From the NCBI RefSeq assembly GCF_009914755.1, contig NC_060948.1: a stretch of 64,000 nt of DNA, one strand, 5' to 3'. The stretch's first letter is position 1. Each line of letters begins with the position of its first letter. Position numbers and translations under genes: made by a program. Below the pieces are notes generated by a model. It searched no databases, was not told the DNA's origin, and saw nothing but the letters and a program-made list of their open reading frames with translations. Below, in pieces: positions 39,401 through 61,171 of this stretch. This DNA is from the human T2T-CHM13v2.0 reference genome, Homo sapiens.

Positions 39401-41505
39401 AGATCCATATTTTTTAAATGAAAAAAAATTTCAAAGGTACTCTGCTTGGTACAATAATCAAATGTATAAACTGAGGAATAAAACATAACCATGAAACCTA
39501 CTTATAACTGCATATGGAAAATACAGAGGATAATTTTTTAAATAACATATTTTGAAAGCCTTAACTAGTAATTTGAAGAGTTGGCATTTGAAAGGCCAGT
39601 ATGAATATACCTTCAAAGCAGCAACACAGGTTCCCCATGAGAAAAAGCAAACACAGGGAAAATAAAAACACAAAGGTTCAATCTCTTCTGACCTTTGAAA
39701 GACACAGCACAGACAGTGGTCCTTAGGACGAAGAGCAGGAGACCCCTAATTCCGTCACCATGGCGATAGGGCATAAACATTGCTGGGTGAGGGCACAATC
39801 CACATTGTGAGGTCCTACTGCTGCCAGGAAGACAGGAGTGCTTTTACATAGACCGAAAGGTCATTGAAGGCTCAGAGTTTTGTTTCAAGAACTGAATCCC
39901 AAGCCCACACGTTATTAGGCTGCGCTTCTTAAAACAAGTTATGAGATGGGAAAAAGGGCACCCACAAACATACGTATACATTATGTATATAATAATATAC
40001 AGTATCATATATATAATATATATAACCTATGTATAATATTGTTTTACATCCTGCATCTTATGTTATATATATTGTATAAAATATAATAATTGATAATATA
40101 TAAGTTTTATAATTATACAATATGACATATAGTATATATTATAATTTATGACATATATAATATATGTTATATATCATATATAGAATATATTATACGGTTA
40201 ATATACGTATTAAATATAAATTATACATTATATATATTATATATAATATATCTGTTATATATAATACCCATTATGCATAATATATATATTATGTCTATGT
40301 TATATATAGTATAAAACAACATATAATAATATATAATTGTATACATAAAATGCGACATAGAATATATATTATATTTTATAACATATGTAATATATATTAT
40401 ATATTATATATAATACGTTGTATGTATAATACCTATATTAAATATATATTATATGACTATGTTATTAATTACATGTCACATGTGTTATATATTATATATT
40501 TTACATAGAATATACCGGTAACATACAATATATACTATGTTACATATAATGTATAATTTATTACATGTAAAATAAAGAATGCAATATATTATGTATAATT
40601 TATAATATACAATATGTGGAATGTGATATATGTAACATATAATATATGATATATGATATACAGTATATGATATATAACATACAATATATGATTCCTAATA
40701 TATATGGTATACAATATATATTTTATGATATGTATTCTATATGTTTTATATTCTGTTATATATAACTATTTGAAATTATATATAACTGTATAATATTTTA
40801 TGTAAATATGTAATATAATATATATAACTATATAATATATTATATACAACTATATATTATGTTATATATACTTTTATAACATAATTTACATAAAATATCA
40901 TAATATAATATATATTATATTATTTCATATTACATAATATATATTACATATCACCCAATATAACTAACATACATAATATTATAATATAGATTATATTGTG
41001 TTATATTAAATATCATATATATCATGTATCATATATTCTATAATATATATTACACATTATATAATATGTATGTTGTCTATTATGTGATATACATAACTAT
41101 ATATATAATTATATTTTTATACATATAACTAGATAAACATGTAATTCTACATATTTTCATTTATAATATGTAGAATTATATAATCATATATAATTATTTA
41201 TATTCTATAAAAAATTTTATCATTATATGAATTATAATATAAAAAAATTATAATATGTACTACAAATATATATATTATATATCATATATGATATAGTACC
41301 TTTGTTATATATCATAATACATATAAATGTGTATTATGTTATCTATAATTATATAATTTCATATATAAGGTGTATAATATGTATCATATATTATATATGT
41401 TATGTAATATATATAGTATATATAAGATGACACAGGATAAATATTATATACTATGACATATAAAATATATGAGGTTATATGTTACATATAAGGCATAGCA
41501 CATAA

Positions 41506-41820
<315 letters not shown>

Positions 41821-43925
41821 AGATCCATATTTTTTAAATGAAAAAAAATTTCAAAGGTACTCTGCTTGGTACAATAATCAAATGTATAAACTGAGGAATA
41901 AAACATAACCATGAAACCTACTTATAACTGCATATGGAAAATACAGAGGATAATTTTTTAAATAACATATTTTGAAAGCCTTAACTAGTAATTTGAAGAG
42001 TTGGCATTTGAAAGGCCAGTATGAATATACCTTCAAAGCAGCAACACAGGTTCCCCATGAGAAAAAGCAAACACAGGGAAAATAAAAACACAAAGGTTCA
42101 ATCTCTTCTGACCTTTGAAAGACACAGCACAGACAGTGGTCCTTAGGACGAAGAGCAGGAGACCCCTAATTCCGTCACCATGGCGATAGGGCATAAACAT
42201 TGCTGGGTGAGGGCACAATCCACATTGTGAGGTCCTACTGCTGCCAGGAAGACAGGAGTGCTTTTACATAGACCGAAAGGTCATTGAAGGCTCAGAGTTT
42301 TGTTTCAAGAACTGAATCCCAAGCCCACACGTTATTAGGCTGCGCTTCTTAAAACAAGTTATGAGATGGGAAAAAGGGCACCCACAAACATACGTATACA
42401 TTATGTATATAATAATATACAGTATCATATATATAATATATATAACCTATGTATAATATTGTTTTACATCCTGCATCTTATGTTATATATATTGTATAAA
42501 ATATAATAATTGATAATATATAAGTTTTATAATTATACAATATGACATATAGTATATATTATAATTTATGACATATATAATATATGTTATATATCATATA
42601 TAGAATATATTATACGGTTAATATACGTATTAAATATAAATTATACATTATATATATTATATATAATATATCTGTTATATATAATACCCATTATGCATAA
42701 TATATATATTATGTCTATGTTATATATAGTATAAAACAACATATAATAATATATAATTGTATATATAAAATGCGACATATAATATATATTATATTTTATA
42801 ACATATGTAATATATATTATATATTATATATAATACGTTGTATGTATAATACCTATATTAAATATATATTATATGACTATGTTATTCATTACATGTCACA
42901 TGTGTTATATATTATATATTTTACATAGAATATACCGGTTACATACAATATATACTATGTTACCTATAATGTATAATTTATTACATGTAAAATAAAGAAT
43001 GCAATATATTATGTATAATTTATAATATACAATATGTGGAATGTGATATATATAACATATAATATATGATATATGATATACAGTATATGATATATAACAT
43101 ACAATATATGATTCCTAATATATATGGTATACAATATATATTTTATGATATGTATTCTATATGTTTTATATTCTGTTATATATAACTATTTGAAATTATA
43201 TATAACTGTATAATATTTTATGTAAATATGTAATATAATATATATAACTATATAATATATTATATATAACTATATATTATGTTATATATACTTTTATAAC
43301 ATAATTTACATAAAATATCATAATATAATATATATTATATTATTTCATATTACATAATATATATTACATATCACCCAATATAACTAACATACATAATATT
43401 ATAATATAGATTATATTATGTTATATTAAATATCATATATATCATGTATCATATATTCTATAATATATATTACACATTATATAATATGTATGTTGTCTAT
43501 TATGTGATATATATAACTATATATATAATTATATTTTTATACATATAACTAGATAAACATGTAATTCTACATATTTTCATTTATAATATGTAGAATTATA
43601 TAATCATATATAATTATTTATATTCTATAAAAAATTTTATCATTATATGAATTATAATATATAAAAATTATAATATGTACTACAAATATATATATTATAT
43701 ATCATATATGATATAGTACCTTTGTTATATATCATAATACATATAAATGTGTATTATGTTATCTATAATTATATAATTTCATATATAAGATGTATAATAT
43801 GTATCATATATTATATATGTTATGTAATATATATAGTATATATAAGATGACACAGGATAAATATTATATACTATGACATATAAAATATATGAGGTTATAT
43901 GTTACATATAAGGCATAGCACCTAA

Positions 43926-44240
<315 letters not shown>

Positions 44241-46344
44241 AGATCCGTATTTTTTAAATGAAAAAAAATTTCAAAGGTACTCTGCTTGGTACAATAATCA
44301 AATGTATAAACTGAGGAATAAAACATAACCATGAAACCTACTTATAACTGCATATGGAAAATACAGAGGATAATTTTTTAAATAACATATTTTGAAAGCT
44401 TAACTAGTAATTTGAAGAGTTGGCATTTGAAAGGCCAGTATGAATATACCTTCAAAGCAGCAACACAGGTTCCCCATGAGAAAAAGCAAACACAGGGAAA
44501 ATAAAAACACAAAGGTTCAATCTCTTCTGACCTTTGAAAGACACAGCACAGACAGTGGTCCTTAGGACGAAGAGCAGGAGACCCCTAATTCCGTCACCAT
44601 GGCGATAGGGCATAAACATTGCTGGGTGATGGCACAATCCACATTGTGAGGTCCAACTGCTGCCAGGAAGACAGGAGTGCTTTTACATAGACCGAAAGGT
44701 CATTGAAGGCTCAGAGTTTTGTTTCAAGAACTGAATCCCAAGCCCACACGTTATTAGGCTGCGCTTCTTAAAACAAGTTATGAGATGGGAAAAAGGGCAC
44801 CCACAAACATACGTATACATTATGTATATAATAATATACAGTATCATATATATAATATATATAACCTATGTATAATATTGTTTTACATCCTGCATCTTAT
44901 GTTATATATATTGTATAAAATATAATAATTGATAATATATAAGTTTTATAATTATACAATGTGACATATAGTATATATTATAATTTATGATATATATAAT
45001 ATATGTTATATATCATATATAGAATATATTATACGGTTAATATACGTATTAAATATAAATTATACATTATATATATTATATATAATATATCTGTTATATA
45101 TAATACCCATTATGCATAATATATATATTATGTCTATGTTATATATAGTATAAAACAACATATAATAATATATAATTGTATATATAAAATGCGACATATA
45201 ATATATATTATATTTTATAACATATGTAATATATATTATATATTATATATAATACGTTGTATGTATAATACCTATATTAAATATATATTATATGACTATG
45301 TTATTAATTACATGTCACATGTGTTATATATTATATATTTTACATAGAATATACCGGTTACATACAATATATACTATGTTACCTATAATGTATAATTTAT
45401 TACATGTAAAATAAAGAATGCAATATATTATGTATAATTTATAATATACAATATGTGGAATGTGATATATATAACATATAATATATGATATATGATATAC
45501 AGTATATGATATATAACATACAATATATGATTCCTAATATATGTGGTATACAATATATATTTTATGATATGTATTCTATATGTTTTATATTCTGTTATAT
45601 ATAACTATTTGAAATTATATATAACTGTACAATATTTTATGTAAATATGTAAAATAATATATATAACTATATAATATATTATATATAACTATATATTATG
45701 TTATATATACTTTTATAACATAATTTACATAAAATATCATAATATAATATATATTATATTATTTCATATTACATAATATATATTACATATCACCCAATAT
45801 AACTAACATACATAATATTATAATATAGATTATATTATGTTATATTAAATATCATATATATCATGTATCATATATTCTATAATATATATTACACATTATA
45901 TAATATGTATGTTGTCTATTATGTGATATATATAACTATATATATAATTATATTTTTATACATATAACTAGATAAACATGTAATTCTACATATTTTCATT
46001 TATAATATGTAGAATTATATAATCATATATAATTATTTATATTCTATAAATAATTTTATCATTATATGAATTATAATATATAAAAATTATAATATGTACT
46101 ACAAATATATATATTATATATCATATATGATATAGTACCTTTGTTATATATCATAATACATATAAATGTGTATTATGTTATCTATAAATATATAATTTCA
46201 TATATAAGATGTATAATATGTATCATATATTATATATGTTATGTAATATATATAGTATATATAAGATGACACAGGATAAATATTATATACTATGACATAT
46301 AAAATATATGAGGTTATATGTTACATATAAGGCATAGCACATAA

Positions 46345-46659
<315 letters not shown>

Positions 46660-48762
46660 AGATCCATATTTTTTAAATGAAAAAAAATTTCAAAGGTACT
46701 CTGCTTGGTACAATAATCAAATGTATAAACTGAGGAATAAAACATAAACATGAAACCTACTTATAACTGCATATGGAAAATACAGAGGATAATTTTTTAA
46801 ATAACATATTTTGAAAGCCTTAACTAGTAATTTGAAGAGTTGGCATTTGAAAGGCGAATATGAATATACCTTCAAAGCAGCAACACAGGTTCCCCATGAG
46901 AAAAAGCAAACACAGGGAAAATAAAAACACAAAGGTTCAATCTCTTCTGACCTTTGAAAGACACAGCACAGACAGTGGTCCTTAGGACGAAGAGCAGGAG
47001 ACCCCTAATTCCGTCACCATGGCGATAGGGCATAAACATTGCTGGGTGAGGGCACAATCCACATTGTGAGGTCCTACTGCTGCCAGGAAGACAGGAGTGC
47101 TTTTACATAGACCGAAAGGTCATTGAAGGCTCAGAGTTTTGTTTCAAGAACTGAATCCCAAGCCCACACGTTATTAGGCTGCGCTTCTTAAAACAAGTTA
47201 TGAGATGGGAAAAAGGGCACCCACAAACATACGTATACATTATGTATATAATAATATACAGTATCATATATATAATATATATAACCTATGTATAATATTG
47301 TTTTACATCCTGCATCTTATGTTATATATATTGTATAAAATATAATAATTGATAATATATAAGTTTTATAATTATACAATATGACATATAGTATATATTA
47401 TAATTTATGACATATATAATATATGTTATATATCATATATAGAATATATTATACGGTTAATATACGTATTAAATATAAATTATACATTATATATATTATA
47501 TATAATATATCTGTTATATATAATACCCATTATGCATAATATATATATTATGTCTATGTTATATATAGTATAAAACAACATATAATAATATATAATTGTA
47601 TATATAAAATGCGACATATAATATATATTATATTTTATAACATATGTAATATATATTATATATTATATATAATACGTTGTATGTATAATACCTATATTAA
47701 ATATATATTATATGACTATGTTATTAATTACATGTCACATGTGTTATATATTATATATTTTACATAGAATATAACGGTTACATACAATATATACTATGTT
47801 ACCTATAATGTATAATTTATTACATGTAAAATAAAGAATGCAATATATTATGGATAATTTATAATATACAATATGTGGAATGTGATATATATAACATATA
47901 ATATATGATATATGATATACAGTATATGATATATAACATACAATATATGATTCCTAATATATATGGTATACAATATATATTTTATGATATGTATTCTATA
48001 TGTTTTATATTCTGTTATATATAACTATTTGAAATTATATATAACTGTATAATATTTTATGTAAATATGTAATATAATATATATAACTATATAATATATT
48101 ATATATAACTATATATTATGTTATATAAACTTTTATAACATAATTTACATAAAATATCATAATATAATATATATTATATTATTTCATATTACATAATATA
48201 TATTACATATCACCCAATATAACTAACATACATAATATTATAATATAGATTATATTATGTTATATTAAATATCATATATATCATGTATCATATATTCTAT
48301 AATATATATTACACATTATATAATATGTATGTTGTATATTATGTGATATATATAACTATATATAATTATATTTTTATACATATAACTAGATAAACATGTA
48401 ATTCTACATATTTTCATTTATAATATGTAGAATTATATAATCATATATAATTATTTATATTCTATAAAAAATTTTATCATTATATGAATTATAATATATA
48501 AAAATTATAATATGTACTACAAATATATATATTATATATCATAAATGATATAGTACCTTTGTTATATATCATAATACATATAAATGTGTATTATGTTATC
48601 TATAATTATATAATTTCATATATAAGATGTATAATATGTATCATATATTATATATGTTATGTAATATATATAGTATATATAAGATGACACAGGATAAATA
48701 TTATATACTATGACATATAAAATATATGAGGTTATATGTTACATATAAGGCATAGCACATAA

Positions 48763-49077
<315 letters not shown>

Positions 49078-51180
49078 AGATCCGTATTTTTTAAATGAAA
49101 AAAAATTTCAAAGGTACTCTGCTTGGTACAATAATCAAATGTATAAACTGAGGAATAAAACATAACCATGAAACCTACTTATAACTGCATATGGAAAATA
49201 CAGAGGATAATTTTTTAAATAACATATTTTGAAAGCCTTAACTAGTAATTTGAAGAGTTGGCATTTGAAAGGCCAGTATGAATATACCTTCAAAGCAGCA
49301 ACACAGGTTCCCCATGAGAAAAAGCAAACACAGGGAAAATAAAAACACAAACGTTCAATCTCTTCTGACCTTTGAAAGACACAGCACAGACAGTGGTCCT
49401 TAGGACGAAGAGCAGGAGACCCCTAATTCCGTCACCATGGCGATAGGGCATAAACATTGCTGGGTGACGGCACAATCCACATTGTGAGGTCCAACTGCTG
49501 CCAGGAAGACAGGAGTGCTTTTACATAGACCGAAAGGTCATTGAAGGCTCAGAGTTTTGTTTCAAGAACTGAATCCCAAGCCCACACGTTATTAGGCTGC
49601 GCTTCTTAAAACAAGTTATGAGATGGGAAAAAGGGCACCCACAAACATACGTATACATTATGTATATAATAATATACAGTATCATATATATAATATATAT
49701 AACCTATGTATAATATTGTTTTACATCCTGCATCTTATGTTATATATATTGTATAAAATATAATAATTGATAATATATGTTTTATAATTATACAATATGA
49801 CATATAGTATATATTATAATTTATGACATATATAATATATGTTATATATCATATATAGAATATATTATACGGTTAATATACGTATTAAATATAAATTATA
49901 CATTATATATATTATATATAATATATCTGTTATATATAATACCCATTATGCATAATATATATATTATGTCTATGTTATATATAGTATAAAACAACATATA
50001 ATAATATATAATTGTATATATAAAATGCGACATATAATATATATTATATTTTATAACATATGTAATATATATTATATATTATATATAATACGTTGTATGT
50101 ATAATACCTATATTAAATATATATTATATGACTATGTTATTAATTACATGTCACATGTGTTATATATTATATATTTTACATAGAATATACCGGTTACATA
50201 CAATATATACTATGTTACCTATAATGTATAATTTATTACATGTAAAATAAAGAATGCAATATATTATGTATAATTTATAATATACAATATGTGGAATGTG
50301 ATATATATAACATATAATATATGATATATGATATACAGTATATGATATATAATATACAATATATGATTCCTAATATATATGGTATACAATATATATTTTA
50401 TGATATGTATTCTATATGTTTTATATTCTGTTATATATAACTATTTGAAATTATATATAACTGTATAATATTTTATGTAAATATGTAATATAATATATAT
50501 AACTATATAATATATTATATATAACTATATATTATGTTATATATACTTTTATAACATAATTTACATAAAATATCATAATATAATATATATTATATTATTT
50601 CATATTACATAATATATATTACATATCACCCAATATAACTAACATACATAATATTATAATATAGATTATATTATGTTATATTAAATATCATATATATCAT
50701 GTATCATATATTCTATAATATATATTACACATTATATAATATGTATGTTGTCTATTATGTGATATATATAACTATATATATAATTATATTTTTATACATA
50801 TAACTAGATAAACATGTAATTCTACATATTTTCATTTATAATATGTAGAATTATATAATCATATATAATTATTTATATTCTATAAAAAATTTTATCATTA
50901 TATGAATTATAATATATAAAAATTATAATATGTACTACAAATATATATATTATATATCATATATGATATAGTACCTTTGTTATATATCATAATACATATA
51001 AATGTGTATTATGTTATCTATAATTATATAATTTCATATATAAGATGTATAATATGTATCATATATTATATAAGTTATGTAATATATATAGTATATATAA
51101 GATGACACAGGATAAATATTATATACTATGACATATAAAATATATGAGGTTATATGTTACATAGAAGGCATAGCACATAA

Positions 51181-51495
<315 letters not shown>

Positions 51496-53595
51496 AGATC
51501 CGTATTTTTTAAATGAAAAAAAATTTCAAAGGTACTCTGCTTGGTACAATAATCAAATGTATAAACTGAGGAATAAAACATAACCATGAAACCTACTTAT
51601 AACTGCATATGGAAAATACAGAGGATAATTTTTTAAATAACATATTTTGAAAGCCTTAACTAGTAATTTGAAGAGTTGGCATTTGAAAGGCCAGTATGAA
51701 TATACCTTCAAAGCAGCAACACAGGTTCCCCATGAGAAAAAGCAAACACAGGGAAAATAAAAACACAAACGTTCAATCTCTTCTGACCTTTGAAAGACAC
51801 AGCACAGACAGTGGTCCTTAGGACGAAGAGCAGGAGACCCCTAATTCCGTCACCATGGCGATAGGGCATAAACATTGCTGGGTGAGGGCACAATCCACAT
51901 TGTGAGGTCCAACTGCTGCCAGGAAGACAGGAGTGCTTTTACATAGACCGAAAGGTCATTGAAGGCTCAGAGTTTTGTTTCAAGAACTGAATCCCAAGCC
52001 CACACGTTATTAGGCTGCGCTTCTTAAAACAAGTTATGAGATGGGAAAAAGGGCACCCACAAACATACGTATACATTATGTATATAATAATATACAGTAT
52101 CATATATATAATATATATAACCTATGTATAATATTGTTTTACATCCTGCATCTTATATATATTGTATAAAATATAATAATTGATAATATATAAGTTTTAT
52201 AATTATACAATATGACATATAGTATATATTATAATTTATGACATATATAATATATGTTATATATCATATATAGAATATATTATACGGTTAATATACGTAT
52301 TAAATATAAATTATACATTATATATATTATATATAATATATCTGTTATATATAATACCCATTATGCATAATATATATATTATGTCTATGTTATATATAGT
52401 ATAAAACAACATATAATAATATATAATTGTATATATAAAATGCGACATATAATATATATTATATTTTATAACATATGTAATATATATTATATATTATATA
52501 TAATACGTTGTATGTATAATACCTATATTAAATATATATTATATGACTATGTTATTAATTACATGTCACATGTGTTATATATTATATATTTTACATAGAA
52601 TATACCGGTTACATACAATATATACTATGTTACCTATAATGTATAATTTATTACATGTAAAATAAAGAATGCAATATATTATGTATAATTTATAATATAC
52701 AATATGTGGAATGTGATATATATAACATATAATATATGATATATGATATACAGTATATGATATATAACATACAATATATGATTCCTAATATATATGGTAT
52801 ACAATATATATTTTATGATATGTATTCTATATGTTTTATATTCTGTTATATATAACTATTTGAAATTATATATAACCGTATAATATTTTATGTAAATATG
52901 TAATATAATATATATAACTATATAATATATTATATATAACTATATATTATGTTATATATACTTTTATTACATAATTTACATAAAATATCATAATATAATA
53001 TATATTATATTATTTCATATTACATAATATATATTACATATCACCCAATATAACTAACATACATAATATTATAATATAGATTATATTATGTTATATTAAA
53101 TATCATATATATCATGTATCATATATTCTATAATATATATTACACATTATATAATATGTATGTTGTCTATTATGTGATATATATAACTATATATATAATT
53201 ATATTTTTATACATATAACTAGATAAACATGTAATTCTACATATTTTCATTTATAATATGTAGAATTATATAATCATATATAATTATTTATATTCTATAA
53301 AAAATTTTATCATTATATGAATTATAATATATAAAAATTATAATATGTACTACAAATATATATATTATATATCATATATGATATAGTACCTTTGTTGTAT
53401 ATCATAATACATATAAATGTGTATTATGTTATCTATAATTATATAATTTCATATATAAGATGTATAATATGTATCATATATTATATATGTTATGTAATAT
53501 ATATAGTATATATAAGATGACACAGGATAAATATTATATACTATGACATATAAAATATATGAGGTTATATGTTACATATAAGGCATAGCACATAA

Positions 53596-53910
<315 letters not shown>

Positions 53911-56015
53911 AGATCCGTATTTTTTAAATGAAAAAAAATTTCAAAGGTACTCTGCTTGGTACAATAATCAAATGTATAAACTGAGGAATAAAACATAACC
54001 ATGAAACCTACTTATAACTGCATATGGAAAATACAGAGGATAATTTTTTAAATAACATATTTTGAAAGCCTTAACTAGTAATTTGAAGAGTTGGCATTTG
54101 AAAGGCCAGTATGAATATACCTTCAAAGCAGCAACACAGGTTCCCCATGAGAAAAAGCAAACACAGGGAAAATAAAAACACAAACGTTCAATCTCTTCTG
54201 ACCTTTGAAAGACACAGCACAGACAGTGGTCCTTAGGACGAAGAGCAGGAGACCCCTAATTCCGTCACCATGGCGATAGGGCATAAACATTGCTGGGTGA
54301 GGGCACAATCCACATTGTGAGGTCCAACTGCTGCCAGGAAGACAGGAGTGCTTTTACATAGACCGAAAGGTCATTGAAGGCTCAGAGTTTTGTTTCAAGA
54401 ACTGAATCCCAAGCCCACACGTTATTAGGCTGCGCTTCTTAAAACAAGTTATGAGATGGGAAAAAGGGCACCCACAAACATACGTATACATTATGTATAT
54501 AATAATATACAGTATCATATATATAATATATATAACCTATGTATAATATTGTTTTACATCCTGCATCTTATGTTATATATATTGTATAAAATATAATAAT
54601 TGATAATATATAAGTTTTATAATTATACAATATGACATATAGTATATATTATAATTTATGACATATATAATATATGTTATATGTCATATATAGAATATAT
54701 TATACGGTTAATATACGTATTAAATATAAATTATACATTATATATATTATATATAATATATCTGTTATATATAATACCCATTATGCATAATATATATATT
54801 ATGTCTATGTTATATATAGTATAAAACAACATATAATAATATATAATTGTATATATAAAATGCGACATATAATATATATTATATTTTATAACATATGTAA
54901 TATATATTATATATTATATATAATACGTTGTATGTATAATACCTATATTAAATATATATTATATGACTATGTTATTAATTACATGTCACATGTGTTATAT
55001 ATTATATATTTTACATAGAATATACCGGTTACATACAATATATACTATGTTACCTATAATGTATAATTTACTACATGTAAAATAAAGAATGCAATATATT
55101 ATGTATAATTTATAATATACAATATGTGGAATGTGATATATATAACATATAATATATGATATATGATATACAGTATATGATATATAACATACAATATATG
55201 ATTCCTAATATATATGGTATACAATATATATTTTATGATATGTATTCTATATGTTTTATATTCTGTTATATATAACTATTTGAAATTATATATAACTGTA
55301 TAATATTTTATGTAAATATGTAATATAATATATATAACTATATAATATATTATATATAACTATATATTATGTTATATATACTTTTATAACATAATTTACA
55401 TAAAATATCATAATATAATATATATTATATTATTTCATATTACATAATAAATATTACATATCACCCAATATAACTATCATACATAATATTATAATATAGA
55501 TTATATTATGTTATATTAAATATCATATATATCATGTATCATATATTCTATAATATATATTACACATTAAATAATATGTATGTTGTCTATTATGTGATAT
55601 ATATAACTATATATATAATTATATTTTTATACATATAACTAGATAAACATGTAATTCTACATATTTTCATTTATAATATGTAGAATTATATAATCATATA
55701 TAATTATTTATATTCTATAAAAAATTTTATCATTATATAAATTATAATATATAAAAATTATAATATGTTCTACAAATATATATATTATATATCATATATG
55801 ATATAGTACCTTTGTTATATATCATAATACATATAAATGTGTATTATATTATCTATAATTATATAATTTCATATATAAGATGTATAATATGTATCATATA
55901 TTATATATGTTATGTAATATATATAGTATATATAAGATGACACAGGATAAATATTATATACTATGACATATAAAATATATGAGGTTATATGTTACATATA
56001 AGGCATAGCACATAA

Positions 56016-56330
<315 letters not shown>

Positions 56331-58435
56331 AGATCCGTATTTTTTAAATGAAAAAAAATTTCAAAGGTACTCTGCTTGGTACAATAATCAAATGTATAAA
56401 CTGAGGAATAAAACATAACCATGAAACCTACTTATAACTGCATATGGAAAATACAGAGGATAATTTTTTAAATAACATATTTTGAAAGCCTTAACTAGTA
56501 ATTTGAAGAGTTGGCATTTGAAAGGCCAGTATGAATATACCTTCAAAGCAGCAACACAGGTTCCCCATGAGAAAAAGCAAACACAGGGAAAATAAAAACA
56601 CAAAGGTTCAATCTCTTCTGACATTTGAAAGACACAGCACAGACAGTGGTCTTTAGGACGAAGAGCAGGAGACCCCCTAATTCCGTCACCATGGCGATAG
56701 GGCATAAACATTGCTGGGTGAGGGCACAATCCACATTGTGAGGTCCAACTGCTGCCAGGAAGACAGGAGTGCTTTTACATAGACCGAAAGGTCATTGAAG
56801 GCTCAGAGTTTTGTTTCAAGAACTGAATCCCAAGCCCACACGTTATTAGGCTGCGCTTCTTAAAACAAGTTATGAGATGGGAAAAAGGGCACCCACAAAC
56901 ATACGTATACATTATGTATATAATAATATACAGTATCATATATATAATATATATAACCTATGTATAATATTGTTTTACATCCTGCATCTTATGTTATATA
57001 TATTGTATAAAATATAATAATTGATAATATATAAGTTTATAATTATACAGTATGACATATAGTATATATTATAATTTATGACATATATAATATATGTTAT
57101 ATGTCATATATAGAATATATTATACGGTTAATATACGTATTAAATATAAATTATACATTATATATATTATATATAATATATCTGTTATATATAATACCCA
57201 TTATGCATAATATATATATTATGTCTATGTTATATATAGTATAAAACAACATATAATAATATATAATTGTATATATAAAATGCGACATATAATATATATT
57301 ATATTTTATAACATATGTAATATATATTATATATTATATATAATACGTTGTATGTATAATACCTATATTAAATATAAATTATATGACTATGTTATTAATT
57401 ACATGTCACATGTGTTATATATTATATATTTTACATAGAATATACCGGTTACATACAATATATACTATGTTACCTATAATGAATAATTTATTACATGTAA
57501 AATAAAGAATTCAATATATTATGTATAATTTATAATATACAATATGTGGAATGTGATATATATAACATATAATATATGATATATGATATACAGTATATGA
57601 TATATAACATACAATATATGATTCCTAATATATATGGTATACAATATATATTTTATGATATGTATTCTATATGTTTTATATTCTGTTATATATAACTATT
57701 TGAAATTATATATAACTGTATAATATTTTATGTAAATATGTAATATAATATATATAACTATATAATATATTATATATAACTATATATTATGTTATATATA
57801 CTTTTATAACATAATTTACATAAAATATCATAATATAATATATATTATATTATTTCATATTACATAATATATATTACATATCACCCAATATAACTAACAT
57901 ACATAATATTATAATATAGATTATATTATGTTATATTAAATATCATATATATCATGTATCATATATTCTATAATATATATTACACATTATATAATATGTA
58001 TGTTGTCTATTATGTGATATATATAACTATATATATAATTATATTTTTGTACATATAACTAGATAAACATGTAATTCTACATATTTTCATTTATAATATG
58101 TAGAATTATATAATCATATATAATTATTTATATTCTATAAAAAATGTTATCATTATATGAATTATAATATATAAAAATTATAATATGTACTACAAATATA
58201 TATATTATATATCATATATGATATAGTACCTTTGTTATATATCATAATACATATAAATGTGTATTATGTTATCTATAATTATATAATTTCATATATAAGA
58301 TGTATAATATGTATCATATATTATATATGTTATGTAATATATATAGTATATATAAGATGACACAGGATAAATATTATATACTATGACATATAAAATATAT
58401 GAGGTTATATGTTACATATAAGGCATAGCACATAA

Positions 58436-58750
<315 letters not shown>

Positions 58751-60856
58751 AGATCCGTATTTTTTAAATGAAAAAAAATTTCAAAGGTACTCTGCTTGGT
58801 ACAATAATCAAATGTATAAACTGAGGAATAAAACATAACCATGAAACCTACTTATAACTGCATATGGAAAATACAGAGGATAATTTTTTAAATAACATAT
58901 TTTGAAAGCCTTAACTAGTAATTTGAAGAGTTGGCATTTGAAAGGCCAGTATGAATATACCTTCAAAGCAGCAACACAGGTTCCCCATGAGAAAAAGCAA
59001 ACACAGGGAAAATAAAAACACAAAGGTTCAATCTCTTCTGACCTTTGAAAGACACAGCACAGACAGTGGTCCTTAGGACGAAGAGCAGGAGACCCCCTAA
59101 TTCCGTCACCATGGCGATAGGGCATAAACATTGCTGGGTGAGGGCACAATCCACATTGTGAGGTCCAACTGCTGCCAGGAAGACAGGAGTGCTTTTACAT
59201 AGACCGAAAGGTCATTGAAGGCTCAGAGTTTTGTTTCAAGAACTGAATCCCAAGCCCACACGTTATTAGGCTGCGCTTCTTAAAACAAGTTATGAGATGG
59301 GAAAAAGGGCACCCACAAACATACGTATACATTATGTATATAATAATATACAGTATCATATATATAATATATATAACCTATGTATAATATTGTTTTACAT
59401 CCTGCATCTTATGTTATATATATTGTATAAAATATAATAATTGATAATATATAAGTTTTATAATTATACAGTATGACATATAGTATATATTATAATTTAT
59501 GACATATATAATATATGTTATATGTCATATATAGAATATATTATACGGTTAATATACGTATTAAATATAAATTATACATTATATATATTATATATAATAT
59601 ATCTGTTATATATAATACCCATTATGCATAATATATATATTATGTCTATGTTATATATAGTATAAAACAACATATAATAATATATAATTGTATATATAAA
59701 ATGCGACATATAATATATATTATATTTTATAACATATGTAATATATATTATATATTATATATAATACGTTGTATGTATAATACCTATATTAAATATATAT
59801 TATATGACTATGTTATTAATTACATGTCACATGTGTTATATATTATATATTTTACATAGAATATACCGGTTACATACAATATATACTATGTTACCTATAA
59901 TGAATAATTTACTACATGTAAAATAAAGAATTCAATATATTATGTATAATTTATAATATACAATATGTGGAATGTGATATATATAACATATAATATATGA
60001 TATATGATATACAGTATATGATATATAACATACAATATATGATTCCTAATATATATGGTATACAATATATATTTTATGATATGTATTCTATATGTTTTAT
60101 ATTCTGTTATATATAACTATTTGAAATTATATATAACTGTATAATATTTTATGTAAATATGTAATATAATATATATAACTATATAATATATTATATATAA
60201 CTATATATTATGTTATATATACTTTTATAACATAATTTACATAAAATATCATAATATAATATATATTATATTATTTCATATTACATAATATATATTACAT
60301 ATCACCCAATATAACTAACATACATAATATTATAATATAGATTATATTATGTTATATTAAATATCATATATATCATGTATCATATATTCTATAATATATA
60401 TTACACATTATATAATATGTATGTTGTCTATTATGTGATATATATAACTATATATATAATTATATTTTTGTACATATAACTAGATAAACATGTAATTCTA
60501 CATATTTTCATTTATAATATGTAGAATTATATAATCATATATAATTATTTATATTCTATAAAAAATGTTATCATTATATGAATTATAATATATAAAAATT
60601 ATAATATGTACTACAAATATATATATTATATATCATATATGATATAGTACCTTTGTTATATATCATAATACATATAAATGTGTATTATGTTATCTATAAT
60701 TATATAATTTCATATATAAGATGTATAATATGTATCATATATTATATATGTTATGTAATATATATAGTATATATAAGATGACACAGGATAAATATTATAT
60801 ACTATGACATATAAAATATATGAGGTTATATGTTACATATAAGGCATAGCACATAA

Positions 60857-61171
<315 letters not shown>
